Positions 1 to 10,395 of a stretch of DNA of 64,000 nucleotides are shown piece by piece. The notes below the pieces were generated by a model. The model ran no database searches, was not told the origin of the DNA, and saw only the letters and a program-made list of their open reading frames with translations. Positions within the stretch are counted from its first letter, which is position 1, and each line of letters begins with the position of its first letter. Location of the stretch: NCBI GenBank assembly GCA_035695325.1, contig DASSEH010000011.1, forward strand, positions 29,706 through 93,705. The letters run 5' to 3'. This DNA comes from Candidatus Angelobacter sp. GTDB taxonomy: Bacteria; Acidobacteriota; Terriglobia; Terriglobales; Acidobacteriaceae. The translations under genes and the position numbers were made by a program.

Positions 1-1026
1 TTCAACGCCGAAATGTACCAGTTTATGGGCAGTCAATGGCTCAACTTTGCTACCCGGACCTTTGATGGGACAACGATTGGTGATTCCGCTGTCCGTGTCA
101 TCGTGAATGCAACCCTGCTCAATATCGTGGAACAGGGCGGATCGGTGCGAAGCCTGCAGGTCGCCAGCATGAACGACGATCCGGTGAATCCACAAAAGGC
201 CACCGAGTTTACCGTTACCGCCGATCTCTACATTCTGGCTTGCGGGGCCGTCGCCAATGCCCGGCAACTTCTGCTTTCCGGAGTTGGCAACAAACTGGTG
301 GGCCGCTATTTCATGTGCCACCCGCTTACGCAAAACGATGAAATCAAAACCACGAATACATATCTCTCGGGGGCCGAGAACAGCCTGATGAATGGCTCCG
401 GATGGAGCGATCCAACGGGCAACATTAATGACATCAACGGCAGGTTCACGGTGGACGCCGATACCGCCAGAAGCAAAGGCATTGGAGCATGCTGGTTCTG
501 GCCGCGAGGCGCCAGAAATACGTCCCAAATGTACTTCGAAATGGCCCCGAATTACGACAGTTATGTTGCCCTGGCTGAATGCGAAAAATGCGCCGGACGC
601 ACCGAATGCATTCAATGCACCGATCCTGTCTTTAAACAACGGCAAACCCATATTCACTGGGCCTTCAGTGATCTGGATAAAAAGACGTACGAGACGAATT
701 GCTCCCTGTTCAATAAGGCTTCAGCCAAGTTTCCCAGCATCATTTCCTGGCCGGACTGGGAAAGCCTGAAGAATCAATGGACAGTCAATGGCCACCACGT
801 CGGAACGACCAGGATGTCAGCTTCGACTGCGCCGGAAGAAGGAGTGGTCGACCAAAACTTAAAGATCCATGGTGTGGATAATCTGTATGTTGCCGGATCC
901 TCGGTTTTCGCTTCTGCCGGGATCTCGAATCCCACCATGACCATCATCACTCTTTCCATACGGCTGGCCGAGCATCTTGGGTCCCAGATGAAGAAACCCA
1001 AAGCCATAGCCAGCAAAGCTCACTAA
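1..1026 (+). CDS. GMC-family FAD oxidoreductase, C-terminal part (5' end lies outside the window)
   Basis: Frame 1 is open from nt 1 (listed ORF 13..1026). The C-terminus NGHHVGTTRMS...VVDQNLKIHGVDNLYVAGSSVFASAGISNPTMTIITLSIRLAEHL matches the conserved GMC C-terminal signature. Confidence 0.8.
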   Translation, partial: FNAEMYQFMGSQWLNFATRTFDGTTIGDSAVRVIVNATLLNIVEQGGSVRSLQVASMNDDPVNPQKATEFTVTADLYILACGAVANARQLLLSGVGNKLVGRYFMCHPLTQNDEIKTTNTYLSGAENSLMNGSGWSDPTGNINDINGRFTVDADTARSKGIGACWFWPRGARNTSQMYFEMAPNYDSYVALAECEKCAGRTECIQCTDPVFKQRQTHIHWAFSDLDKKTYETNCSLFNKASAKFPSIISWPDWESLKNQWTVNGHHVGTTRMSASTAPEEGVVDQNLKIHGVDNLYVAGSSVFASAGISNPTMTIITLSIRLAEHLGSQMKKPKAIASKAH

Positions 1027-1319
1027 TCTCTCGCTAACCCCGGAGCGGAGGGGTGGTATAAGTTGGTACCACTCTTCCAGTATCCGGGCAGATTTTGTGC
1101 TAACTTTCCCCGGCTTGTAATCCTGATCCATAATAGTGCGGGGTTAGTCGCCGCATTCTGGCGGGTATGCGCCAGCACCGTCCAGGGCTGGATTCATGCC
1201 GGGCCGCGTTTGTCTTTTGGCCCTGGCTGGCGTATCATTAATTTGGTAATAACTGGTTTCGGCTCAAGCTGTCTGTGCGCTTGCTTGAGTGGGGAAGTCC
1301 CCAAATTGGCGAACGTACC

Positions 1320-1346
1320 AGTGGGCGAATGGCCCACTTTATTTTT
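1320..1346 (+). terminator. Intrinsic-terminator-like hairpin with no CDS immediately upstream
   Basis: AGTGGGC-gaatg-GCCCACT (7-bp stem) is followed by TTATTTTT. It lies about 300 nt after the GMC stop and about 160 nt before rimP. Confidence 0.5.
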
Positions 1347-1506
1347 GAGCGTAACTTTTTGCTCGGGCGCGGGCTGCCAGGCGAAAGCGGCGCGAGGTTT
1401 GCGGAAGAGCAGCGGCCTCGGCGAATGCTGCCCCTGATGCCGGCCTGTGGGCAAAAAATCCTGAGCGCGGGGCGAAGGGTTCTGACACAACTATTACGAG
1501 GTTGTT

Positions 1507-2001
1507 ATGGCGGTTGACCTCGACAAAATTCGCGAAATTGCCGGCCGTGTGGCCGCAACTCATGGACTCGAACTGGTGGAGGCTGAACTGAGGGGCGGAG
1601 GCAAAGCCCGGGCCCTGAGAATCACCATCGACAAACCAGAAGGCGTGACCCACGAGGATTGCGCCAACGTGAGCCGCGAGGTTTCTGTCATCCTGGACGT
1701 GGAGGATGCCATACCGGGCGGAGCTTATACGCTGGAGGTTTCCTCCCCGGGGCTGGACCGCAAGCTGTTTCGGGCCGAGGATTACGTCCGGTTTTGCGGC
1801 AGCAGAGTCAAGCTGATGACGCGCCAGCCCGTGGAGGGCAGCCGGAGCTTTGAAGGACGTTTGCAGAGTTTCGCGGACGGCAGGCTTACCCTGGAAGTGA
1901 CGCCTGGCAAAAAGCCAAAGCCAGGACACGCACAACCGGGGCGGCAGGTGGAAATCGATCTGGTCAACGTAGAGAAGGCCAATCTTTCGCCTGAGTTTTA
2001 G
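1507..2001 (+). CDS. rimP: Ribosome maturation factor RimP
   Basis: ...DCANVSREVSVILDVEDAIPGGAYTLEVSSPGLDRKLFRAEDYVRF... and the C-terminal VEKANLSPEF align with E. coli RimP. The gene sits directly upstream of nusA-infB. Confidence 0.88.
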   Translation: MAVDLDKIREIAGRVAATHGLELVEAELRGGGKARALRITIDKPEGVTHEDCANVSREVSVILDVEDAIPGGAYTLEVSSPGLDRKLFRAEDYVRFCGSRVKLMTRQPVEGSRSFEGRLQSFADGRLTLEVTPGKKPKPGHAQPGRQVEIDLVNVEKANLSPEF

Positions 2002-2026
2002 GCAGGGCATTCACAAGGGAATTTGT

Positions 2027-3511
2027 ATGGCAAGCGAAATTTATAACGTGATCGACGCACTCAGCCGCGAAAAGGGAATTGACCCGCAAATTGTGGTCAG
2101 CGCGGTGGAAGACGCCATTGTCGCGGCCACGCGGAAGAAAGACAAGAGCCAGGAAAACCTGCAGGGCCAGTTCGACAAGGAAAACGGCTCCATCCGGGTT
2201 TATGCGGTCAAGTCGATTGTGGCGTCGGAAGACGACATTGAAGATCCGCAGCTGGAAATTTCGCTCGAAGACGCCCAAAAGATCGACGAGAACGCCGAAA
2301 TCGGCGGCGAAGTACGCTTCCTCAAGTCCACGGAAGGGCTGGGGCGCATCTCGGCGCAGATCGCCAAGCAGATCATCTTTCAGAAGGTGCGCGAGGCCGA
2401 GCGCGACACCATCTACAACGAATACATCAGCCGGGTGGGCGAGATCTTCAACGCTACGGTAAAGAGGGTTGAAGGGCCGGATGTGATTCTGGATATCGGC
2501 AAGGCCGAAGCCCGCATGGGCAAGAAAGAGCAGTCGCGCCTCGAATCGTTTTCCATCGGTGAACGCCTGCGCGTGGTGCTGGTGCGCGTGGACAAGAACT
2601 CCAAAGGGCCGGCGGTGGTGGTTTCCCGCGCCGCGCCGGAGCTGGTGCAGAACCTGTTCCAGACGGAAGTCCCGGAAATTTACGATGGCACGGTGCAGAT
2701 CCGGGCCATTGCCCGCGAAGCCGGCGAGCGCACCAAGATTGCCGTGATGTCCAAGGATAAAGACGTGGACGCCGTGGGCGCCTGCGTGGGCATGAAGGGT
2801 ATGCGCGTGCAGTCGATCATTCGCGAGCTGCGCGGAGAAAAGATCGACATCATCGAATACCACGAAGACTCCGCGGTCTTCGCGGAAAAGGCGCTGCAGC
2901 CGGCCAAGGTGAGCCGCGTGACCGTCGTGGATGCCACGGAAAAGCATTTGGAAGTGGTGGTGGACGACAGCCAGCTCTCTCTGGCCATCGGCAAGAAGGG
3001 GCAGAACGTCCGCCTCGCCGCCAAGCTGCTGGGCTGGAAGATCGACATCAAGAGCGAAGAGGAGAAGCGCCAGGAGGTGGAGCAGCAGATGGCTTCCCTG
3101 GTTGGCCAGGCGTCCACTCCGCTCGATAAGGTCACCGATTTGGGCGAAACGCTCATCGAGAAGCTGCATGAGGCCGGTATTACCACGGTGGAAGCTCTGG
3201 CGGACATGACTCCGGAGCAGCTGGAAGAAGTGCCGGGTGTAGGCCCCAAAACTGTGGAAAAAATCAGTGTTGCGGTGAATAATTATTTTGCCAGCCTGGA
3301 GCCGGGTGCAGCCCCTGCCGCTGCCGAACCGGCAGCCGGGGAAGGCGAGACGGCCGCGGCTGAAAGTGCGCCGGTTCTGGCCGATAATAATGACGAGAAT
3401 GGCGTAAAAGAAGCAGCCCCCGTGGCCATGGACGCGGAAGCCGCGAGCGAGGGCGAGTCCGGTGAAGGCGAAGCGCCGGAGCAAAACGAAAACGCCGGCA
3501 AAGAATCGTAA
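2027..3511 (+). CDS. nusA: Transcription termination/antitermination factor NusA
   Basis: S1 domain (GEIFNATVKRVEGPDVILDIGKAEA), two KH domains (VGACVGMKGMRVQSIIRELRGEKIDII and LAIGKKGQNVRLAAKLLGWKIDIKS), a C-terminal HhH region and an acidic tail. Confidence 0.95.
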   Translation: MASEIYNVIDALSREKGIDPQIVVSAVEDAIVAATRKKDKSQENLQGQFDKENGSIRVYAVKSIVASEDDIEDPQLEISLEDAQKIDENAEIGGEVRFLKSTEGLGRISAQIAKQIIFQKVREAERDTIYNEYISRVGEIFNATVKRVEGPDVILDIGKAEARMGKKEQSRLESFSIGERLRVVLVRVDKNSKGPAVVVSRAAPELVQNLFQTEVPEIYDGTVQIRAIAREAGERTKIAVMSKDKDVDAVGACVGMKGMRVQSIIRELRGEKIDIIEYHEDSAVFAEKALQPAKVSRVTVVDATEKHLEVVVDDSQLSLAIGKKGQNVRLAAKLLGWKIDIKSEEEKRQEVEQQMASLVGQASTPLDKVTDLGETLIEKLHEAGITTVEALADMTPEQLEEVPGVGPKTVEKISVAVNNYFASLEPGAAPAAAEPAAGEGETAAAESAPVLADNNDENGVKEAAPVAMDAEAASEGESGEGEAPEQNENAGKES

Positions 3512-3606
3512 GTGCTGGGATGAAGAGTTTACGAGGGATCAAAAACTTGCATAGCTGTGAGGGCTTTATGATCGCCTAGAAATTGTGTGGAGGAAACGCA
3601 GAGCGG

Positions 3607-6561
3607 ATGAAAATTCGAATCAATGATCTGGCCAGAGAGCTTGAAGTCAAGAGCAGAGCAATTCTGGATGTGCTGGAGATCGTCGGGGTCACCGAGAAGA
3701 AGACCCACTCCAGTTCTCTGGAAGCCGATGAGGCGGAAAAAGTGAGAAAGCATTTCGCTTCAAAATCAGGCCCTGCGTCGCGGGACAGAGCTTCCGCTGG
3801 CGATGTCCGGCCGAAGCTTGACCTCTCCAAAATCTCCAAGCCTGGCGATGTACTTAAGCTGCTGCGGGAAAAAGAGCAGCAGCAACAACATCCCCCTGCT
3901 CCTCCAAAACCCGCGCCGGCCGCGCCCGTGGTGACTGCACCTCCCGTGGTGACACCACCTGTGGTGACAGCGCCGGCGGCGCCTCCTCCGGTAGTAGTGG
4001 ATAAGCCCCGGCTGATTGTCCCGCTTCCGCCGAAGACTGCGGTGGTAATGCCACCCGTGGCCAAACCAGTCGCGCCGCCTCCGGTTCATGCTCCCGCGCC
4101 TGCTGCGCCGGTAGTCCAGGAAAAACCAGCGGCTCCGCCGGCTGTCGTGGTTACGCCGCCGCCGCATCCTCCTGCCGCGGTAGTGAGTGCGCCACCACAT
4201 TCCGCACCCGCGCCAGCGCCACCCGCGAGCACCCAGGCAGCGCCGCCACCTGCAGCTTCCGCGCCAGCGCCGGCCAAGCCCGCTCCGCAGCAGCCTATAG
4301 TTCCGCAGCGCCGTATGATTACGCCCCAGACGGGGCCGCGCCCGGTGTATCACGCGCCAGCGCCACCGCCGCCGGTAGTTCGGCCACCATCGCAGCCGCC
4401 ACCCAGTAACCGCCCGCAGGGGGGAGTGGTGCGCGGACAGCCGATTTTCCAGCGTCCTCGCCCAGGTGGGCCAGGAGGGCCGGGTGGAGCGCCAGGATCG
4501 CGTCCGCCATATTCTTCGCGGCCAGGTGAGCCGCGCCGGGGACCGCACCCAACCAGTTCTACACGTGGCGGTTTTCCGCCGCGTCCCGGCATGGGAGGAG
4601 CACCGGGGCAGCTGCCGCCTCCGGGCGCGCCGGCGAAACCAGCAGGACGCCCTGGACCGCCCAGCAGACGTCCGGGACAGCGCTATCAGCAGGGACCTAA
4701 AGAAGGTCCGATGAAGGGCTTTGTTCCGCCGCCACGGCTTGCCGTCTCCAATGAGCCGCTGCCGATCACGCGCTCTCTCAATATCCCTGAGGGAATCAGC
4801 GTGAAAGATCTGGCGGAGAAGCTCGAAGTCCGGGCCAAGGACCTGATTGCACGCCTTCTGATGAAAGGTGTGATGGCCACGGTGAACCAGACTCTCGATT
4901 TCGACCTGGCCAAAGATCTGGCCCGTCATTTCGGCGCCGACGTTCAATCCATCAGCTTTGAAGAGCAGGCGGCGCAGGAGATGGCGCAAATGACCGGCAC
5001 GGCGCAGGTAGGCGCCGCGGCTGCAGTGTCGCGCCCTCCGGTCGTTACCATCATGGGCCATGTGGACCACGGCAAAACATCATTGCTGGACGCGATCCGC
5101 GAAACCAACGTGGCCGGCGGCGAAGCTGGCGGAATCACGCAGCACATCGGCGCGTACAAAGTAAGAATCACCAAAGAGGATTCACCGGCCTTCGGCCGCC
5201 AGATCGTCTTCTTGGATACGCCTGGCCACGAGGCCTTTACCCGCATGCGTGCTCGCGGCGCGAAGGTCACGGACATTGTGGTGCTGGTGGTGGGCGCTGA
5301 CGACGGTGTGATGCCGCAGACGCTCGAAGCCATTGACCACGCCAATGCGGCCAAGGTCCCGCTCATTGTGGCGGTGAACAAGATCGACAAACCGGACGCG
5401 ATGCCTGATCGAGTGAAGAAGCAGCTGGCCGACCGCGGCCTGATGCCGGAAGACTGGGGCGGAAGCACGGTGTTTGTGGACGTCTCGGCCAAGCAGCGCA
5501 CCAATCTCAACCTGCTCATGGAAATGATCTGCCTGGTGGCCGATCTGCAGGAACTCAAGGCCAATCCGGAGCGCCCGGGAACGGGCACGGTGGTGGAAGC
5601 CAAAATTGATCGCGGACGCGGTTCGGTGGCCACGGTGCTGGTGCAGAACGGAACGCTGCGCGTCGGCGACAACTTTATTGTCGGCAACATTTTCGGAAAA
5701 GTTCGCGCGATGTTTGACGATCGCGGCAACGCGGTGGAAGAGGCTCCGCCCTCGACACCAGTTGAGGTTTTGGGTCTGGAGGGCTTGCCCCAGGCCGGTG
5801 ACCAGCTTTTGGTGGCGGACCGGGAAAAGGCCCGCCAGATCGCGGAGTATCGCGAGCAGAAGGCCCGCGAGGCCACGCTGGCCAAGAGCCACAAGCTGTC
5901 ACTCGAAGGGCTCTCGGAGCAGATCAAAAATGCGGGCGTGAAAGAGCTGCCGATCATTCTGAAGGCAGACGTTCAGGGTTCGGCGGAAGTGCTGGCCGAT
6001 ACGCTGAGCAAGCTTTCCACTGCGAAGGTGAAAATCAAGATACTGCATGCCGGAGTCGGCGCGATTACAGAGAACGACGTTCTGCTGTCTTCGGCCTCCA
6101 ATGCCGTGATCATCGGTTTCAACGTGCGTCCTGAGCGCAAGGCCCAGGAACTCGCGGAGATGGAGAAAATCGATATCCGCCTGCACTCGATCATTTACGA
6201 ACTGCAGGACGAAATCCGCAAAGCCATGGCTGGCCTGCTTGAGCCGATCATCAAGGAAACGTATCAGGGCCGCGCCGAAGTCCGCGACACCTTCAAAGTA
6301 CCGAAGGTGGGCTTGATTGCCGGCTGCTATGTGCTCGATGGCCTGATCAAGCGCGATTCCGAGGTTCGGCTGGTCCGCGATGGCGTGCAGGTGTTCAAGG
6401 GCAAAATCGGATCGCTCAAGCGCTTCAAGGACGATGCCAGTGAGGTCCGCACCGGTATGGAATGCGGTATCGGCCTCAACAACTTCAATGACGTCAAGAA
6501 GGGCGACGTGATTGAATCGTTTGTGATCGAACGCATCGCCGCCGAGCTGGGAGTCGCATAA
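3607..6561 (+). CDS. infB: Translation initiation factor IF-2
   Basis: G-domain motifs [20 protein letters not shown] and NKID, a long Pro/Ala-rich N-terminal region and a conserved C-terminal domain. The ATG at 3607 follows GGAGGA (3589-3594). The listed ORF begins at TTG 3583, so the start is uncertain. Confidence 0.95.
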   Translation: MKIRINDLARELEVKSRAILDVLEIVGVTEKKTHSSSLEADEAEKVRKHFASKSGPASRDRASAGDVRPKLDLSKISKPGDVLKLLREKEQQQQHPPAPPKPAPAAPVVTAPPVVTPPVVTAPAAPPPVVVDKPRLIVPLPPKTAVVMPPVAKPVAPPPVHAPAPAAPVVQEKPAAPPAVVVTPPPHPPAAVVSAPPHSAPAPAPPASTQAAPPPAASAPAPAKPAPQQPIVPQRRMITPQTGPRPVYHAPAPPPPVVRPPSQPPPSNRPQGGVVRGQPIFQRPRPGGPGGPGGAPGSRPPYSSRPGEPRRGPHPTSSTRGGFPPRPGMGGAPGQLPPPGAPAKPAGRPGPPSRRPGQRYQQGPKEGPMKGFVPPPRLAVSNEPLPITRSLNIPEGISVKDLAEKLEVRAKDLIARLLMKGVMATVNQTLDFDLAKDLARHFGADVQSISFEEQAAQEMAQMTGTAQVGAAAAVSRPPVVTIMGHVDHGKTSLLDAIRETNVAGGEAGGITQHIGAYKVRITKEDSPAFGRQIVFLDTPGHEAFTRMRARGAKVTDIVVLVVGADDGVMPQTLEAIDHANAAKVPLIVAVNKIDKPDAMPDRVKKQLADRGLMPEDWGGSTVFVDVSAKQRTNLNLLMEMICLVADLQELKANPERPGTGTVVEAKIDRGRGSVATVLVQNGTLRVGDNFIVGNIFGKVRAMFDDRGNAVEEAPPSTPVEVLGLEGLPQAGDQLLVADREKARQIAEYREQKAREATLAKSHKLSLEGLSEQIKNAGVKELPIILKADVQGSAEVLADTLSKLSTAKVKIKILHAGVGAITENDVLLSSASNAVIIGFNVRPERKAQELAEMEKIDIRLHSIIYELQDEIRKAMAGLLEPIIKETYQGRAEVRDTFKVPKVGLIAGCYVLDGLIKRDSEVRLVRDGVQVFKGKIGSLKRFKDDASEVRTGMECGIGLNNFNDVKKGDVIESFVIERIAAELGVA

Positions 6562-6569
6562 AATACGCT

Positions 6570-6608
6570 GGGTAATGGACGATCACTTTCAACGATCGTC
6601 CATTACCC
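6570..6608 (+). terminator. Perfect 15-bp stem-loop after the infB stop (possible attenuator or processing site; no U-tract)
   Basis: GGGTAATGGACGATC (6570-6584), 9-nt loop, GATCGTCCATTACCC (6594-6608). Paired base by base by hand. Confidence 0.4.
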
Positions 6609-6630
6609 GGTTACGCAAACTCAATCGCCC

Positions 6631-6927
6631 GTGCCCATTGCCTATCTCACTCTTGAGCTGCGCATCGAAGCCGCGCACTCGCTCAAGGACAAGCGACAGG
6701 TACTGCGCAGCGTAAAAGACCGGCTGCGCCATTCCTTCAATATCTCGGTCGCCGAAATTGATGTCACTGACTTGTGGCAGCGGGCCACGCTGGGCGTTGT
6801 GGCAATCTCCGATTCGCGCGACTACCTCGAAGGGCTTATGCGCAATGTGGAGCGGGAAGTCGTCCGCCTGGCCAACAATGCCGGAGCCGAAGTGGTGGAT
6901 ACGTTTCTGGATTATCTGGAAAGTTAG
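6631..6927 (+). CDS. DUF503 (YlxP-like) protein
   Basis: 98 aa, ...LELRIEAAHSLKDKRQVLRSVKDRL...FNISVAEID. It occupies the conserved position between infB and rbfA. GTG start. Confidence 0.75.
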   Translation: MPIAYLTLELRIEAAHSLKDKRQVLRSVKDRLRHSFNISVAEIDVTDLWQRATLGVVAISDSRDYLEGLMRNVEREVVRLANNAGAEVVDTFLDYLES

Positions 6928-7038
6928 CGGTCACCTGCCAGGGGAATTCCTTAACCCGCTGTTTGCACGGTTCTGGTATTCTAAGTGGTTTTATTCAGCG
7001 TCTTTTATTCAGCAATAAAGTATTCAGTATCAAAGAGT

Positions 7039-7404
7039 ATGCCGGAGCAAAGAGGAAGGCAGCACCGCCGCGAACGCGTCGGTGAGGCCCTGAAAGAAGA
7101 GATTGGCGCCATTTTGGAAGGCGAGCTGGGCGACCCGCGCATTGCGCTGTGCAATGTGACGGAGATCCAGCTTGCGCCCGATGGCAAAAGCGCGCGGGTG
7201 TATATCCACGTGGAAGGCAATGACCAGGAGGCGGAGCAGACGCTGGAAGGCATCAACGCCGCCAAAGGGTACATTCGCTATCAGGTCAAGGAGAGCCTGG
7301 GAGTTCGGCATGTGCCGGAACTGGCCTTCATCCTTGACCGGTCTGAAGAATACGGGGCCAGGATCGACCAGCTGCTGAATCGAATCAGGAAACGCAGGAA
7401 ATAA
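7039..7404 (+). CDS. rbfA: Ribosome-binding factor A
   Basis: RRERVGEALKEEIGAILEGELGDPRIALCNVTEIQLAPDGKSARVYI... is RbfA-like. The internal ATG at 7039 is preferred over the listed 6985 start, whose extra residues are low-complexity. Confidence 0.88.
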   Translation: MPEQRGRQHRRERVGEALKEEIGAILEGELGDPRIALCNVTEIQLAPDGKSARVYIHVEGNDQEAEQTLEGINAAKGYIRYQVKESLGVRHVPELAFILDRSEEYGARIDQLLNRIRKRRK

Positions 7405-7420
7405 ACCAGGACGAACCACG

Positions 7421-8377
7421 ATGGACCAGCTCACAGAAGTGCTGCATCACATCCGCCGGTACAGCCGATTCGTGCTTACCTCGCACGCCCGTCCCGATGG
7501 GGACGCAGTCGGCTCGGTACTGGCGCTCTCGGAGATTTTGCGGCAGATGGGCAAGACCACGGAGGTGGTGCTCAGTGACAGTGTTCCGCTTATCTACCGG
7601 CCGCTGCCCTTCGCGGACACCGTGGTACAGGCTTCCAGCGTGAACGGAAAATATGAGGCGGCCATTCTGCTCGAATGCGACAGTCTGCAGCGCGCCCGAG
7701 TGCAGGGCCTCGAAAGATATTTCCTGATCAACATTGATCATCACAGCACGTCGAAAAGTTTTGCCAGCGTCAACTGGATTGATCCGGGCGCGTCGGCCAC
7801 AGCGGAAATGGTGTTCCGCCTGGCGGCGGCGGCGCAGGTAAAGGTCACTCCGGAAATCGCAACTTGTTTGTATACCGCCGTGCTTACCGATACCGGCTCG
7901 TTTTGTTACTCGCCCACCAGCGCCCGCACCTTTGAGCTGGCGCGGCAACTGGTGGAGTGCGGCGCCGACCCGGCCCGCATTGCACAAAGCGTTTACTTCG
8001 CCAATGCTGAATCAAAGATGCATCTGCTGGGGGCCGCGCTTTCGGCGCTGAAGCGCGAAGGCGGCATCAGCTGGATGGTTGTTTCCCGCCACGACATGGA
8101 GCGCCTCGGCGCGCGGGAAGAGGATTGTGAAGGGCTGGTCAACTACGCCCTCAGTATTGCCGGCGTGGAAGTCGCGGCTTTTTTTCGCGAAATACCCGAT
8201 AACCGTGTGCGCGTGAGTGTGCGCAGCAAAGGGGCGGTCAACGTGGCCGTTATCGCGGAGAAATTCGGAGGCGGCGGCCATGAATGCGCCAGCGGATTCT
8301 CGCTCGAAGGCCCGATGGCTGCGGCAACGGAGCACGTACTGGCGCTGATTCGCGATTACCTGCCCCGTACGAACTAA
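7421..8377 (+). CDS. nrnA: DHH/DHHA1 phosphoesterase (NrnA-type oligoribonuclease/pAp phosphatase)
   Basis: HARPDGDAVGS, NIDHH and C-terminal GGGGH motifs. The gene lies immediately downstream of rbfA, as in other bacteria. Confidence 0.8.
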   Translation: MDQLTEVLHHIRRYSRFVLTSHARPDGDAVGSVLALSEILRQMGKTTEVVLSDSVPLIYRPLPFADTVVQASSVNGKYEAAILLECDSLQRARVQGLERYFLINIDHHSTSKSFASVNWIDPGASATAEMVFRLAAAAQVKVTPEIATCLYTAVLTDTGSFCYSPTSARTFELARQLVECGADPARIAQSVYFANAESKMHLLGAALSALKREGGISWMVVSRHDMERLGAREEDCEGLVNYALSIAGVEVAAFFREIPDNRVRVSVRSKGAVNVAVIAEKFGGGGHECASGFSLEGPMAAATEHVLALIRDYLPRTN

Positions 8378-8384
8378 AAATATT

Positions 8385-8642
8385 ATGTCTGTTTCACCCT
8401 GGACGCAGTTGTTTTCATTTACCGGCGCGTTGCTGATTCTGGCCGGCTATGCAGGCTCACAATTCGGCTGGCTGAATGCACGCAGCTACACCTATAACAT
8501 CGTTAACGCCATTGGGTCGTCCATTCTCGGTGTGATTGCCCTGCGGCCCTTTCAGCTCGGCTTTGTGGTGCTGGAGTTCACGTGGGTCGGCATCAGTCTT
8601 TATGGGCTGGTGAGTGCCCGCAATCAGAGACAGGAAGCATGA
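8385..8642 (+). CDS. Small 3-TM membrane protein (resembles the CBU_0592 family)
   Basis: 85 aa and hydrophobic (GALLILAGYAGSQ...YNIVNAIGSSILGVIAL...FTWVGISLYGL). Its stop overlaps the next start as ATGA. Confidence 0.6.
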   Translation: MSVSPWTQLFSFTGALLILAGYAGSQFGWLNARSYTYNIVNAIGSSILGVIALRPFQLGFVVLEFTWVGISLYGLVSARNQRQEA

Positions 8643-10264
8643 ACGCGCGCACGCGGCTGATGGCGTGGCAGCTGGCGATCGTCCTCATTGCGTGCGCATT
8701 TCTTTTCTTCTACGCGCTGGGAGCCTTCGGCCTGGTGGGCGCGGACGAGCCCAGATACGCGCAGATCGCGCGCGAGATGGCCGTGCGGCACGATTGGGTG
8801 GTCCCCACGCTCAATGGCACGCCGTGGCTGGAAAAGCCGGCGCTGCTCTACTGGAAGATCATCAACAGCTACGCAATTTTTGGCTTTCATGACTGGGTCG
8901 CGCGCATTCCCGCCGCTTCTCACGCACTGGCCCTGGTGGTGGCGGTGTTCTTCTTTATGCGGCGCTTTCGTCCGGGCACCGAGCTGGATGCTGCCCTGAT
9001 TACGGCGTCCTGCGCCGCGATTATCGGGTTCGGGCGCGGAGCGTCCACCGACATGCTGCTTTCCGCGCCGTTTTGCATTGCGCTGCTTGCCTGGTGGACG
9101 TGGCATGAAACCGGCAAAAAAGTTTGGCTGGCGGCCTTTTATGCGCTGCTGGCCATTGGAGCGCTGGCCAAAGGGCCGGTTGCCCCGGCGCTGGCTGTGC
9201 TGATTGTGGTCGCGTATGCCGCCGTGCGCCGCGACTGGAAGATCTTTCTGCGCACCCTGTGGTGGCCCGGTTTTGTGCTGTTTTTTGCCATTGTGCTCCC
9301 GTGGTTCATTGCCATACAGATTCGCGTGCCGAGTTTCTTCCGATCATTTTTCATCGAACACAATCTGCAGCGCTTCGGCACGAATCGTTATCAGCACTCT
9401 CAGCCAGTTTGGTATTACCTGATCGTCTTTGTGTTGTCCACATTGCCGTGGACGGTTTTTGTGCTGAGTGCTTTGGCCAGCACTCTGCGCGACGGAATCC
9501 AGAAAATAAAGACGGGAAGTGAGGAAGCCGCCGGCGAGGGCCTGCCATTTTTCTTTCTGCTCTGGACCCTGATTCCGGTTGTGTTCTTCAGTATTTCCCG
9601 GTCCAAGCTGCCAGGTTACATTCTGCCGGCGATACCGGCTGCGGCTTTACTCACGGCCGACTGGCTGCACCGCACGGAGCACGCACTCTCACGCATACGT
9701 TTGATACTCCACGCGGTCATTGGAGGCGCACTGATCGCGGGGGCGCTGCTGGCGCCATGGTTCATACTCAAGTTTCGCCCGCCAGGCGGTGTGCTCATCG
9801 AAATCATCATTGCCGCCATAGTCATTGGCCTGATGGTGCTTTTGATGGTCCTGCGGGGCGGTCTGCGGGTGCTGCATTTTGCCACTCTGCTGCCCGTGGT
9901 TTTGGCCATGGGATTTTTGCTGCGTGTTCCCGCGGGCGTGGTGGACCAGGCCATCTCCGCGCGCGCGGTGAATGCCCGGATGGCCGAGCTGAATGTTCCG
10001 AATGATGTGCCGCTTGCCGTGTTCAATGTGCGGCGCGATATCGCCTATGGCCTCAACTTTTATCGCAATCAGCCGGTTCAATACTATGAGCAGGGCAGCG
10101 CTTACGACCTGCCTTCGGGAATTCCTGCAGAGAAGCATGTAGTCGTTACACGCGCAGGAAACATGGCTGCCGTGCAGGCGGCGGTCGGCGAGCGCGAGGT
10201 GACGCCGCTGGGCAAAATGGCCCCACAACATCTGGAGTTCTTTTTGGTATCTAATACCAGATAA
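8639..10264 (+). CDS. Family-39 (ArnT/PMT-like) membrane glycosyltransferase
   Basis: Multi-TM protein with an N-terminal GADEPRYAQIAREM loop motif typical of ArnT/PMT-type transferases. ATG 8639 overlaps the preceding stop, and the listed ORF starts earlier at 8582. Confidence 0.8.
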   Translation: MNARTRLMAWQLAIVLIACAFLFFYALGAFGLVGADEPRYAQIAREMAVRHDWVVPTLNGTPWLEKPALLYWKIINSYAIFGFHDWVARIPAASHALALVVAVFFFMRRFRPGTELDAALITASCAAIIGFGRGASTDMLLSAPFCIALLAWWTWHETGKKVWLAAFYALLAIGALAKGPVAPALAVLIVVAYAAVRRDWKIFLRTLWWPGFVLFFAIVLPWFIAIQIRVPSFFRSFFIEHNLQRFGTNRYQHSQPVWYYLIVFVLSTLPWTVFVLSALASTLRDGIQKIKTGSEEAAGEGLPFFFLLWTLIPVVFFSISRSKLPGYILPAIPAAALLTADWLHRTEHALSRIRLILHAVIGGALIAGALLAPWFILKFRPPGGVLIEIIIAAIVIGLMVLLMVLRGGLRVLHFATLLPVVLAMGFLLRVPAGVVDQAISARAVNARMAELNVPNDVPLAVFNVRRDIAYGLNFYRNQPVQYYEQGSAYDLPSGIPAEKHVVVTRAGNMAAVQAAVGEREVTPLGKMAPQHLEFFLVSNTR

Positions 10265-10395
10265 GGCAGTTAGCGCATCGGGTGCCTACTGCTTTGGTTC
10301 GCGAGAGCCAGGAAGCTTTGCCGAATACGGGCTTCCGGGCTTAGACTTACCTCGTTGCCGTTCCCCCCAAAGTACGAGCAACACAGGACAGTCCA

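Noticed and set aside
1964-3484. 506-aa ORF antisense to nusA
   Set aside because: This is a shadow ORF on the strand opposite a well-supported gene. The translation is Arg/His/Leu/Gly-biased and low-complexity with no motifs. Such stop-free antisense frames are expected in GC-rich coding DNA.
3880-4700. Tandem-repeat or mobile insertion in infB
   Set aside because: The Pro/Ala/Gly-rich tract is in frame and typical of IF-2 N-terminal linker regions in GC-rich bacteria. I could find no exact DNA repeat unit.
3766-5070. 434-aa ORF antisense to infB, plus several shorter ones in 3576-5957
   Set aside because: It is extremely Arg/Trp-rich and mirrors the Pro/Ala-rich IF-2 N-terminal region. 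It has no start context and no motifs.
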